DNA of 32,000 nucleotides, from contig NC_007484.1 of NCBI RefSeq assembly GCF_000012805.1, positions 2,040,001 through 2,072,000 of the forward strand, given 5' to 3'. Positions 6,967 through 14,612 of the stretch are shown here, piece by piece. The position numbers and the translations under genes are program-made. The stretch comes from Nitrosococcus oceani ATCC 19707. Lineage in GTDB: Bacteria; Pseudomonadota; Gammaproteobacteria; Nitrosococcales; Nitrosococcaceae. The notes beneath the pieces were generated by a model. It was not told the origin of the DNA. It saw only the letters and a program-made list of their open reading frames with translations, and made no database searches. Position 1 is the stretch's first letter. Each line of letters opens with the position of its first letter.

Positions 6967-9505
6967 ATCCCAGCCTCCCCAGATTCCGCTTGATTTCAGC
7001 TTCCAATCGATCACTCTCGGCAAATTGCTCCCGCAGTTGCTCGGTCAGTCGCATCATTTTCTCGGCGAAGGGTTCGCCGTCGTCTTCCTGTTCCGGTGCG
7101 CCGACGTAGCGGCCCGGCGTCAGTACGAAGTCGTGCTTTTTGATGTCGTCCAGGCTGACGGATTTGCAGAAGCCGGGGATGTCCTGGTAGGTGGTTGCCC
7201 TCTTTGCACTCTTTGCCCTCACCCCCGGCCCCTCTCCCAGAGGGAGAGGGGTGTTTTGCTGACCCTCCCCTGCTAGAGGGAGAGGGGTATTTCGCTGGCT
7301 CTCCCCTGTTAGAGGGAGAGGGGTGTTTTGCTGGCTCTCCCCTGTTAGAGGGAGAGGGGTGTTTTGCTGACCCTCCCCTGCTGGAAGGATATGCTGATTC
7401 TCCCCTGCCGGAATGGCCTCGCTGCCCCGGTCGTCGCCCCGGGGCAAGGTGACGCGGGGTGTTGAAGCCCTCTCCCTCTGGGAGAGGGTTTGGGTGAGGG
7501 AAAGGGTGAGCGTGTTGTAGATGGACTCCAGTACGCCTTCCGTCTCGGTCAAAACCTGCCGGTTGTTAAAACGCAGCACTTGAATCCCTATTTCCTGGAG
7601 ACGTTGTGTCCGACGGGCATCCCGCTGCCTTCCTTCAGGCGTCAGGTGCTGGCTGCCATCCAATTCGACCACCAGCCGGTGTTCATGGCAATAAAAGTCC
7701 GCGATGTAATCCTCAATGGGCTGTTGGCGGCGGAACTTGGCATTGGCCATCTGGCGATTTCGCAGCAGTTGCCAAAGCAGATTTTCCCCATCGGTCTGGT
7801 TTTTTCTTAGCTCGCGGGCGAATCGCAATAGCTTGGGTGGGGTTTGGCCCTTACCCCGGCTCTCTCCCAAGGGAAGGGGGGGAATACGCTGCCAGGCATG
7901 GAAGGTGTCGGCGATTTTGGCAATATCATCCAAGGTGAAGTCCCGCAGCACCCGGTCGCGCATGTAGCCCAGGTTGCGGGCGTCGATAAACAGGAATTCC
8001 CTGCGGCGGTCCCGCTTGCTCTCTTTGCCCTCTTTACCCTCACCCCCTGCCCCTCTCCCAGAGGGAGAGGGGTATTTTGCTGATTCTCTCCCGCTGGAGG
8101 GAGAGGGGTGTTTTGCTGACTCTCCCCTGCTAGAGGGAAAGGAGTGTTTTGCTGGCTCTCCCCTACTGGAGGGAGAGGGGTGTTTTCCACCGGCTTTGTC
8201 TTTGGTCAAAAACCAGATGCAGGCCGGGATCTGGGTGTTGGTAAAGAGCTGCCCCGGCAGGGCCACCATGCACTCCACCAGATCTTCTTCAATCAGGCGC
8301 TGGCGGATTTTCCCTTCGTTGTTGGTGTGGGCGCTCATGGAGCCGTTGGCCAGCAGCAGGGCCATGCTACCGGTGGGTGCCAGATGGTGAATCATGTGCT
8401 GCATCCAGGCAAAGTTGGCGTTGCCCTTGGGCGGGGTGCCGTATTGCCAGCGGGCATCGTCCGCCAGGGATTCGCTCCACCAATCCTTCATGTTGAAGGG
8501 CGGGTTGGCCATGACGAAATCGGCCCGCAGATCCGGGTGCTGGTCGTCCAGGAAAGTGTCGGCGTTCTTTTTGCCGAAGTTGAAATCGATGCCCCGAATG
8601 GCCATGTTCATGGCGGCCAGCTTCCAGGTGGTGGGGTTGGATTCCTGGCCGTAGACGGAGATATGCTTTTTTTGCTCGGCGGGATCGTAGTGCTGTTCCT
8701 TGGCGTGCTCCTCGATGAACTTGTCGCTGGAGACAAAAAAGCCGCCGGAGCCCATGGCCGGGTCGTACACCCGGCCCGAATAGGGTTCGAGCATTTCCAC
8801 AATCAGGGTGACGATGCTCTTGGGGGTGTAATATTGGCCGCCTTGCTTGCCTTCGGCCAGGGCGAACTGGCCCAGGAAGTATTCGTATACATGGCCGAGG
8901 ATGTCTTTGCTGTGCAGGTGTAGCTTCTCCCCGCCGTACACCGGCTTGGTGAAAGAGGTATCGGAGAAGGTATTAATCAGCCCCAGCAGCTTCTCGTTTT
9001 CCAACTGGTACTGGCTGATGCGGTTGAGGATGCCCCTGAGCTTGGCGTTGCTCTTTTCGATAGCTTCCAGGGCGTTATCCATCAGCCAGGAGACGGAGCG
9101 CAGCTTGACATCATTGCCCGCATCGTCCTGCCACAGCACGGTGCCCACGGGCAGCACGGCTTTTTCTTTCACGGTATTCCAGCGGGCCGCTTTGGGCACC
9201 CAGAATACGTTGGCTTCGCGATAGTAGTCCAGGATTTCCAGCTCGTCCCGCAACGCCTGCTGATAGTCGGCGTCACCGTCGTAGTCTTCGGGAGAGAGGT
9301 AGTAGATGTCGTTGCTTTCATCCTTGAACAGTGCCAGCAGTTGCTCCTGGCGCTCTTCAAAGGCGTCAGAGACGTATTTGAGGAAGATAAGCCCGAGCAC
9401 CACGTGCTTGTAGTTGGCGGCGTCCAGGTTAGCGCGCAGCTTGTCGGCGGCCTTCCAGAGCTTATTGTCCAGGGACTTGAGAAATTGCTGTTCCGTATCG
9501 TTCAT
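6956..9505 (-). CDS. hsdM: Type I R-M N6-adenine DNA methyltransferase subunit (HsdM), expanded to 849 aa by in-frame insertions
   Basis: The HsdM N-terminal domain reads LWKAADKLRANLDAANYKHVVLGLIFLKYVSD. SAM-binding motif I is VYDPAMGSGGFF. Catalytic motif IV is FVMANPPF. The conserved C-terminus is YQDIPGFCKSVSLDDIKKHDFVLTPGRYVG. The reading frame is open across two inserted blocks, about 8021-8188 and about 7196-7888. Confidence 0.9.
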   Translation of the reverse strand: MNDTEQQFLKSLDNKLWKAADKLRANLDAANYKHVVLGLIFLKYVSDAFEERQEQLLALFKDESNDIYYLSPEDYDGDADYQQALRDELEILDYYREANVFWVPKAARWNTVKEKAVLPVGTVLWQDDAGNDVKLRSVSWLMDNALEAIEKSNAKLRGILNRISQYQLENEKLLGLINTFSDTSFTKPVYGGEKLHLHSKDILGHVYEYFLGQFALAEGKQGGQYYTPKSIVTLIVEMLEPYSGRVYDPAMGSGGFFVSSDKFIEEHAKEQHYDPAEQKKHISVYGQESNPTTWKLAAMNMAIRGIDFNFGKKNADTFLDDQHPDLRADFVMANPPFNMKDWWSESLADDARWQYGTPPKGNANFAWMQHMIHHLAPTGSMALLLANGSMSAHTNNEGKIRQRLIEEDLVECMVALPGQLFTNTQIPACIWFLTKDKAGGKHPSPSSRGEPAKHSFPSSRGESAKHPSPSSGRESAKYPSPSGRGAGGEGKEGKESKRDRRREFLFIDARNLGYMRDRVLRDFTLDDIAKIADTFHAWQRIPPLPLGESRGKGQTPPKLLRFARELRKNQTDGENLLWQLLRNRQMANAKFRRQQPIEDYIADFYCHEHRLVVELDGSQHLTPEGRQRDARRTQRLQEIGIQVLRFNNRQVLTETEGVLESIYNTLTLSLTQTLSQRERASTPRVTLPRGDDRGSEAIPAGENQHILPAGEGQQNTPLPLTGESQQNTPLPLTGESQRNTPLPLAGEGQQNTPLPLGEGPGVRAKSAKRATTYQDIPGFCKSVSLDDIKKHDFVLTPGRYVGAPEQEDDGEPFAEKMMRLTEQLREQFAESDRLEAEIKRNLGRLGYEL
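7200..7424. repeat. Hairpin-repeat array A: a ~60-bp head followed by 36-bp tandem units (three clean, two degenerate)
   Basis: The head is ctctttgcactctttgccctcacccccggcccctctcccagagggagagggg. Units lie at 7263-7298, 7299-7334 and 7335-7370 (ctctcccctgttagagggagaggggtgttttgctgg), each with the ctctccc/gggagag inverted repeat. Decayed units follow to about 7424. In the hsdM frame the array reads QQNTPLPLTGES repeats. Confidence 0.85.
7468..7510. repeat. Inverted-orientation copy of the GC-rich element, flanking the DUF559 module on its 3' side
   Basis: ccctctccctctgggagagggtttgggtgagggaaagggtgag is close to the reverse complement of the hsdR copy at 2616-2657 and of the array heads. Confidence 0.6.
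7508..7840 (-). other. DUF559 (Vsr-like / PD-(D/E)xK-fold endonuclease) module translated in frame within hsdM
   Basis: The sequence is PPKLLRFARELRKNQTDGENLLWQLLRNRQMANAKFRRQQPIEDYIADFYCHEHRLVVELDGSQHLTPEGRQRDARRTQRLQEIGIQVLRFNNRQVLTETEGVLESIYNTL. It matches the DUF559 pattern as I recall it: AR.LR...T.AE..LW..LR....KFRRQ.PI..YI.DF.C....L..ELDG..H........D..R...L...G..VLRF.N..V. The acidic and His positions (DF, ELDG, H) are retained. There is no ATG of its own directly upstream. Confidence 0.75.
7848..7882. repeat. Direct-orientation degenerate copy of the GC-rich element, flanking the DUF559 module on its 5' side
   Basis: cccttaccccggctctctcccaagggaagggggg resembles ccctcaccccggcccctctcccagagggagagggg. 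With 7468-7510 it forms an imperfect inverted-repeat pair around the DUF559 coding segment. Confidence 0.55.
8021..8188. repeat. Hairpin-repeat array B: the same head plus about three 36-bp units
   Basis: The head ctctttgccctctttaccctcaccccctgcccctctcccagagggagagggg is nearly identical to the array A head. Units lie at 8084-8119, 8120-8155 and 8156-8188. Orientation matches array A, but hsdM reads it in a different frame (GESAKHPSPSSR-type repeats). Confidence 0.85.
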
Positions 9506-9532
9506 AAATGACGTTTTAACAAGAGAAGAGGT

Positions 9533-9560
9533 AAAAAAGGCGCCACTTTTCCTCGCGCCT
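9533..9560 (-). terminator. Candidate rho-independent terminator after the nucleotidase gene
   Basis: The minus-strand transcript is AGGCGC-GAGGAAAAGTG-GCGCCT followed by TTTTTT. The stem is 9538-9543 / 9555-9560 and the U-tract is 9533-9538. It lies 23 nt downstream of the stop at 9583. Confidence 0.5.
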
Positions 9561-9582
9561 GAAGGAGATAGCGGCCTATTTA

Positions 9583-10488
9583 TCAGCCCTGATTGGAAAC
9601 GCCGTGAGGTACATGGCCCGTGGTGACATGGCGGCTAGCGGATTCACAGTGGTCCTGCTGATCATCAAAGAAGATATCAGCGCCAAAAGCCTTCAAGAAA
9701 TCTCCTTTATCCAACCCGCCCAGGAATAATGCCTCGTCAATGCGAATATCCCAGACCCTAAGCGTGCGGATCACCCGCTCATGGGCCGGTGCTCCCCGAG
9801 CCGTCACGAGGGCAGTCCGGAGGGGTGATTCTTCCGGTGGATATTCCCTTTGAATCCGCTGTAGCACCGCCAGGAAATTGCGGAATGGTCCCCCCGGAAG
9901 GGGTTGCCGGGCCGAAGTTTGCTCGCTTGTTTGAAAGGCCGCCAAGCCCTGCTCCTTGAAAACCCGCTCCGCATCATCGGAAAAGAGGACCGCATCCCCA
10001 TCAAAGGCAATTCGTAGCTGAGACGAGTGAGTATTGAGGCTTGCTTTCGAGCGCACGATCGTCGCCGCGGCCACGCCCGCTTCCAGTGCCTTTTTGACAT
10101 CCTCTGGATCGGCGGAGAGGAACAAATGGGCGCCAAATGCGGAAACGTACCGGTAGGGGCTTTCCCCGGAGGTAAATGCCGCCCGGGTCACCTCAAGCCC
10201 ATGATGTTGAATGGAATTAAACACCCGAAGGCCGGTATCCGCATTGTTTCTCGACAGCAGTATCACTTCCACCCGTGGTGGGTTCGGACGCTTCTGGTTG
10301 AGAGCCAGGAGCTTACGCACCAGCGGAAAAGCCACCCCTGGCTCCAAAAGTACATCTTCTTGTTCAATCTGGTATTTACAATAGGAATCGGTCCCTTGTT
10401 CCTCAAATACACGATGGCTTTCGTCCAGATCGAATAAGGCCCGTGAAGAGATAGCAACAACCAATTTGTCACCTAGAGTAGTAGGCAT
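9583..10488 (-). CDS. 5'-nucleotidase (cytosolic IA-like bacterial family)
   Basis: LVVAISSRALFDLDESHRVFEEQGTDSYCKYQIEQEDVLLEPGVAFPLVRKLL...VEVILLSRNNADTGLRVFNSIQHHGLEVTRAAFTSGESPYRYVSAFGAHLFLSA matches my recollection of the bacterial 5'-nucleotidase family related to cN-IA. I prefer the ATG at 10488 (MPTTLGDK) to the GTG at 10524. Confidence 0.7.
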   Translation of the reverse strand: MPTTLGDKLVVAISSRALFDLDESHRVFEEQGTDSYCKYQIEQEDVLLEPGVAFPLVRKLLALNQKRPNPPRVEVILLSRNNADTGLRVFNSIQHHGLEVTRAAFTSGESPYRYVSAFGAHLFLSADPEDVKKALEAGVAAATIVRSKASLNTHSSQLRIAFDGDAVLFSDDAERVFKEQGLAAFQTSEQTSARQPLPGGPFRNFLAVLQRIQREYPPEESPLRTALVTARGAPAHERVIRTLRVWDIRIDEALFLGGLDKGDFLKAFGADIFFDDQQDHCESASRHVTTGHVPHGVSNQG

Positions 10489-10775
10489 AATCTTTTGCTT
10501 TAAAATTAGCTCTCGTGAGCACACCAGGCTTATCCCATCAAGCCAGCCACACCGTCCTTAATGCAATTTATTATACCGCAAGAAAATACTCTGGATCTGG
10601 GGGAAGGATAGTCAGAACTTAGGCTCGCCAGGTAGCGCGCAGCCAACCCGGAGCAACCATTGGGACAAGAAACAGCGGAATTTTAAACAACAAACCTGTT
10701 ACGGTCATTATCTATATGGATAGGCCACGCAGGAAGCAACGAACGTGCTCGTAGAGTATGGAGGCCAAGGTCTGA

Positions 10776-12056
10776 TTATGCAATATTCCCATAACTTAAA
10801 AAGTTAGGAGTAACATTCTTTATCTGATAAATTTCTTTTTTAGAAACAGCATTGGTAATTACCGCCGATCTCCAAGACATTAAGCTGGTTTGCGGTTCAA
10901 AAATTCCGTGTTCATACCTGCTAAAATTCTGGGCAAAAATTCTGTTTTTGTCATGCCCTTTCCATCGTATGGAAAAATCCTTGTTGACCTTGAAACATTT
11001 ATTTTCATCAAATTCAATAAGATGTTTTATAGGCTCAATAAATCCTGGAATTCTGTTCTCAAACCCGGTACACAAAATAACAATATCAGCCTCCATGGAT
11101 TCTTCTTTTTGAGAAAAATTATTGGAAATAGTTAATTTATAACCTTTTCCATTGCTCTCTACCCCTTGAATCCTTCGATAAGGAAGTATTTTAAAATCAA
11201 TCGGTGATTGCTCTACATTTTGAATGAAATAAAGATCATTATAAAGGCTTTGCAGGTAGGTGGGGGTATTACCATCGCTAGATAATTTTTGGTAATCTAC
11301 AATATTTCTTTTGAGTTGAGGGTTTATGGAAAAAAAATCTTCTACGTAATGGGGGCTAAAATACTCATTAGTAAAAGGCGATTCATCTAAAGGCTCAAGG
11401 TTTGCCCTGCTGGAGACAAGAGTTAGGGATTTTGCATTTCCCCATTTTCTCCTAAGAGCATTTCTAAAAACTTCAACGCCTGTTTGCCCACCGCCGATAA
11501 TAACAATACGCTTGCCACTGACATCCAGATTTTTTATTGATTCTGATTTCGCATGGAAGAAAGTATCGCCAATATAGGGCACGGTAAACGACGGAATTTT
11601 AGGGCTAACTCCTGTTCCGATGCAGATATTTTTGCTTTTAAATCTTTCTTTTTGATTCTCAATAATAAAATTCTCTCCATCATAATAGAGATTTTTTATT
11701 TTTGAATTGAAAGATAATTTTTCCGGCATTTGCCGGGTAACCCACTGGCAATAAATTTCAAACTCTCTCCTAGTAATAACATGCCTTTTGGTATTCATAA
11801 ATGAATGAAAAAACCCATTCATGACAAGATAATTTAGAAAAGAATAAGGGCTCGTAGGATCAACGCCCGTTACCAGATCCTTTAGAAAAGCCGTTTGCAT
11901 ATCCGAGTCTGGAAAGATGATTTCCGAATGCCAAAGAAATAATGGTTTTTGTTCAAAAAAATGAGTTTTTAATTCTTTATTTTTTTCTGAGATAGCAGCC
12001 AAGCTTAAATTAAACGGGCCAATCCCAATACCGACTAAATCAAATACATCACGCAT
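10776..12056 (-). CDS. iucD: Lysine/ornithine N-hydroxylase (IucD/PvdA/AlcA family flavin monooxygenase)
   Basis: The N-terminal FAD fingerprint is DLVGIGIGPFNLSLA and a second dinucleotide fold is RIVIIGGGQTGVE. It is the last gene of an A-B-C-D ordered operon. Its ATG overlaps the iucC stop (ATGCGTGA). GC content is very low. Confidence 0.85.
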   Translation of the reverse strand: MRDVFDLVGIGIGPFNLSLAAISEKNKELKTHFFEQKPLFLWHSEIIFPDSDMQTAFLKDLVTGVDPTSPYSFLNYLVMNGFFHSFMNTKRHVITRREFEIYCQWVTRQMPEKLSFNSKIKNLYYDGENFIIENQKERFKSKNICIGTGVSPKIPSFTVPYIGDTFFHAKSESIKNLDVSGKRIVIIGGGQTGVEVFRNALRRKWGNAKSLTLVSSRANLEPLDESPFTNEYFSPHYVEDFFSINPQLKRNIVDYQKLSSDGNTPTYLQSLYNDLYFIQNVEQSPIDFKILPYRRIQGVESNGKGYKLTISNNFSQKEESMEADIVILCTGFENRIPGFIEPIKHLIEFDENKCFKVNKDFSIRWKGHDKNRIFAQNFSRYEHGIFEPQTSLMSWRSAVITNAVSKKEIYQIKNVTPNFLSYGNIA

Positions 12057-13785
12057 AAAGATAATCTTTTTCTATCAGCGGATTTAGCAGGGGATTTCCA
12101 AGCTGTGGTTTAGGTCTCTGGGCCGTATCTTGATAGCCAATGATAAAGCGGACCTTATTTAAAAGAACACGATGATAATTGGGCGTCAATAGGCTTGGAG
12201 TCTTTGATCTTGTTGGGTATTTTTTTTCATAATCATGAATTATCGTGCCTAATACACTATAGAATTTTTTTTCCTTATAGCCATGAGAGAGAAAAAGCGC
12301 CTGCGAAATAAATCTAAGAACTGAAATAAAATGCCCCGTGATAAGATCGTAGATAATATGATCAGAGGGTAAAATATCTAATTTTTCAATCGTTTTATCG
12401 GAAAAATATTTCCTTGTTTCCGCTGGAAAATTTTTATTTAAACGTAAGTCACCATGAAAATCCTTAATAATTAAGCCTGAAGGGGCATTATTATTTAGCT
12501 TTAGTATGGTATTTTGACCATGTGCAACCAAGCCAATTCCATAGTGAGACTGAAGGTGATAAAGGGGAATAACAACTTTTTTAAAATATTCTTCCAGCCA
12601 TTCATCAATGGTTAGAGAAGAATTTTCTATTAAGCAACCAATCAACGATTTTTTATTCCCGTCCAAATAAGAAAGCGCGCCTGTCATCAAGCATTTCTCA
12701 TTGCTTTTAAGCTTGGTTACACTCGATTCTCTCCATACTGCCCCAAGGAATTCTTTATATTGATAAGGAGCACCTGGGATATTCTTATAGGAAGGCTCCA
12801 CATAACTAAAAGCTGCAATATCCTTTAAGCAATCCACATTAGCATTGAATAAACAATCATCCTGCTTAATAATAGCTTCAACGCCTTCCGATATTTCCGA
12901 AGCAATAGAAATATAGCGAGCAGGTATTCCTCGTATACAAGAAGTATTTAAAATTGAAATGGGCAGTTTAACGTCACAAAGGTATGGATTGCTGCAATTA
13001 GAAAACGTTCTTAGGGATATATAGGGTTTATAGCTATCGCCGGCACTAGATAAAAAAATTATATTATTTTTGCTGATATCTTTCTGGAAGAAGATTTTTA
13101 TTCTATTTTCCCACTGCCAAGGATGTATGGGAATAATGTAATAAGATTCGGCGTTATATTTTTTATTCGCTAATTTTTCTTTTAATAAATTAATTTCCCG
13201 TTTTTCAAGATCAGCGTAAATAATCTCACTAAAAAATTTTTCTTTTTGGTGATTTACCGTAACTAAATTCTTTTTGATAGCTACCCGGTAGAATTGGATT
13301 TCTTTAGCATGCTCTGGCGAGAACATGGAGAGATCGTCTGGAGACCAGCCTATTCTTCCCTTGTTTAAAATAATTTTTGGATGCCCATCCAGATAACTTT
13401 CCACCTCTAAGAAACCAAGTTGGGACATTTCCTGGGAAGATATTTTCTTTTTCAAAATAGTTTGATCGCTATAAAGCGTATGTAGCATTTCTTCCATAAA
13501 ATTAGCTAAGGTAATATCATTCATTTTTGTAAGATGCTGTGTTTCCTTAAAAAAATTTGCAGCATCAAGTTCTAAACCATCACTTCTCTTTAATGATCTT
13601 TCATCTATAACAAGGTGGCACCAGACACTTTTATATGCCTCAAAAATGTAAGTTAAATTTTCCTCTATTTTTAACGCATATAATCCCTTTTTTATTTCCC
13701 GTACTTCCTGAGAAATGATCTCCTCAAAATAAAGTTCACTTATGGCTTTAGCAATAAGATTCCTATTGGCTATTTCCCAACTCAT
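12049..13785 (-). CDS. iucC: IucA/IucC-family NRPS-independent siderophore synthetase
   Basis: It shows IucA/IucC hallmarks (IPIHPWQWENRI and AHGQN). The ATG at 13785 forms an ATGA overlap with the iucB stop. The ORF-track start at 13821 would overlap iucB by 40 nt. Confidence 0.85.
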   Translation of the reverse strand: MSWEIANRNLIAKAISELYFEEIISQEVREIKKGLYALKIEENLTYIFEAYKSVWCHLVIDERSLKRSDGLELDAANFFKETQHLTKMNDITLANFMEEMLHTLYSDQTILKKKISSQEMSQLGFLEVESYLDGHPKIILNKGRIGWSPDDLSMFSPEHAKEIQFYRVAIKKNLVTVNHQKEKFFSEIIYADLEKREINLLKEKLANKKYNAESYYIIPIHPWQWENRIKIFFQKDISKNNIIFLSSAGDSYKPYISLRTFSNCSNPYLCDVKLPISILNTSCIRGIPARYISIASEISEGVEAIIKQDDCLFNANVDCLKDIAAFSYVEPSYKNIPGAPYQYKEFLGAVWRESSVTKLKSNEKCLMTGALSYLDGNKKSLIGCLIENSSLTIDEWLEEYFKKVVIPLYHLQSHYGIGLVAHGQNTILKLNNNAPSGLIIKDFHGDLRLNKNFPAETRKYFSDKTIEKLDILPSDHIIYDLITGHFISVLRFISQALFLSHGYKEKKFYSVLGTIIHDYEKKYPTRSKTPSLLTPNYHRVLLNKVRFIIGYQDTAQRPKPQLGNPLLNPLIEKDYLYA

Positions 13786-14606
13786 AAGTAGCCGCCTGTA
13801 AAAAACCTCTCCCGGGTACACTCTAGGAGGACCGCTCTTTTATGGGGAAAATCAAATTCTTTAATTCTTTTCCAAAAAGGAAGAAAATCAACGTATTTCA
13901 ACACCTTTTTATTATCGGATCGCGGCTCAGCCATAATCTTTAAAGTTCTGGGCTCATCAAGAAAAAGATAATGGATAACACTTTTTAGCATAGCGCCTGT
14001 ATTTTTTAATCCCAGAAATTTTTTTTCCCCAATCAGGAAATGGAACCCTCTATCAAAATCACCGCTTTCGTAATAGGCTCCTAAACGATCCTCTTTAACC
14101 CAATAAAGCTCAAAATAACCAGTAGGTTCATCATTAATATCTAATATGACAGGAATGATATGGGGGTCATTTAAATTTTTTTCTATATACTGAAGATGAT
14201 TTTCCCTTGTATCTTTTAATTCCCAAAATTCCGAGATACGTGGCTGATTGTGCCATCTCGAAAATGTATCGATGTCATTTTTTGGATCGATGACCCGAAA
14301 AGAAATAGTTTTATCTATTTCGTAGACAAACCTTTTGTAGAGCAGAGTTCCCCTTTCTGGATTATGCCTTATTGGATGAGAAACCCTGTTAGTTTCTGTC
14401 CAAACTACGGGGTAAAGTCCTCTTTCAGGATTCATTAGCCAATAAGGAGGAATTTGGAAAAACTCGTTTCTGCTGATTATTGTTTTTTTATCACCTGGCT
14501 TTATTTCTGCTTCTTTAACATCAGGTATAAATTTATTTTTTAAAAATTCTTCTTTTTCCTTATCTAAAAGAATATCGTTAACTCTTAATTTTTTTTTATC
14601 TATCAC
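13782..14606 (-). CDS. iucB: N-hydroxylysine acetyltransferase-like GNAT (IucB/AlcB family)
   Basis: Its position between two IucA/IucC synthetase genes and its size fit IucB-type siderophore acetyltransferases, as does the pattern FRVIDPKNDIDTFSRWHNQPRISEFWE...GFHFLIGE. It has a GTG start 6 nt after the iucA stop. Confidence 0.72.
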   Translation of the reverse strand: MIDKKKLRVNDILLDKEKEEFLKNKFIPDVKEAEIKPGDKKTIISRNEFFQIPPYWLMNPERGLYPVVWTETNRVSHPIRHNPERGTLLYKRFVYEIDKTISFRVIDPKNDIDTFSRWHNQPRISEFWELKDTRENHLQYIEKNLNDPHIIPVILDINDEPTGYFELYWVKEDRLGAYYESGDFDRGFHFLIGEKKFLGLKNTGAMLKSVIHYLFLDEPRTLKIMAEPRSDNKKVLKYVDFLPFWKRIKEFDFPHKRAVLLECTRERFFTGGYL

Positions 14607-14612
14607 GGTTTT

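Noticed and set aside
7200-8188. The regular 36-bp repeats with internal dyad symmetry could be mistaken for a CRISPR array.
   Set aside because: The units are directly adjacent, with no unique spacers between them. They lie inside an open reading frame, and no cas genes are present. They form a tandem minisatellite, not a CRISPR array.
7195-8390. ORFs 7195-7452 (+), 7807-8190 (-), 7844-8083 (+) and 7974-8390 (+), which encode PLPEGEG / NTPLPL-type repeats.
   Set aside because: They exist only because the hairpin repeats lack stop codons in several frames. They have no independent start context and are nested in hsdM. I use them as evidence about the repeat, not as genes.
9583-10488. The 5'-nucleotidase next to the R-M island could be a nucleotide-depletion defence gene.
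   Set aside because: A terminator-like hairpin (9533-9560) separates it from hsdM. As far as I recall, the family is a widespread housekeeping-type enzyme. Nothing in the sequence links it functionally to the island.
10525-10775. I searched the borders of the low-GC iuc block (here and at 16296-16437) for a tRNA gene, att-like direct repeats or an integrase.
   Set aside because: I found none by eye: no cloverleaf-compatible sequence and no shared repeat at the two borders. The mechanism of acquisition stays unknown.
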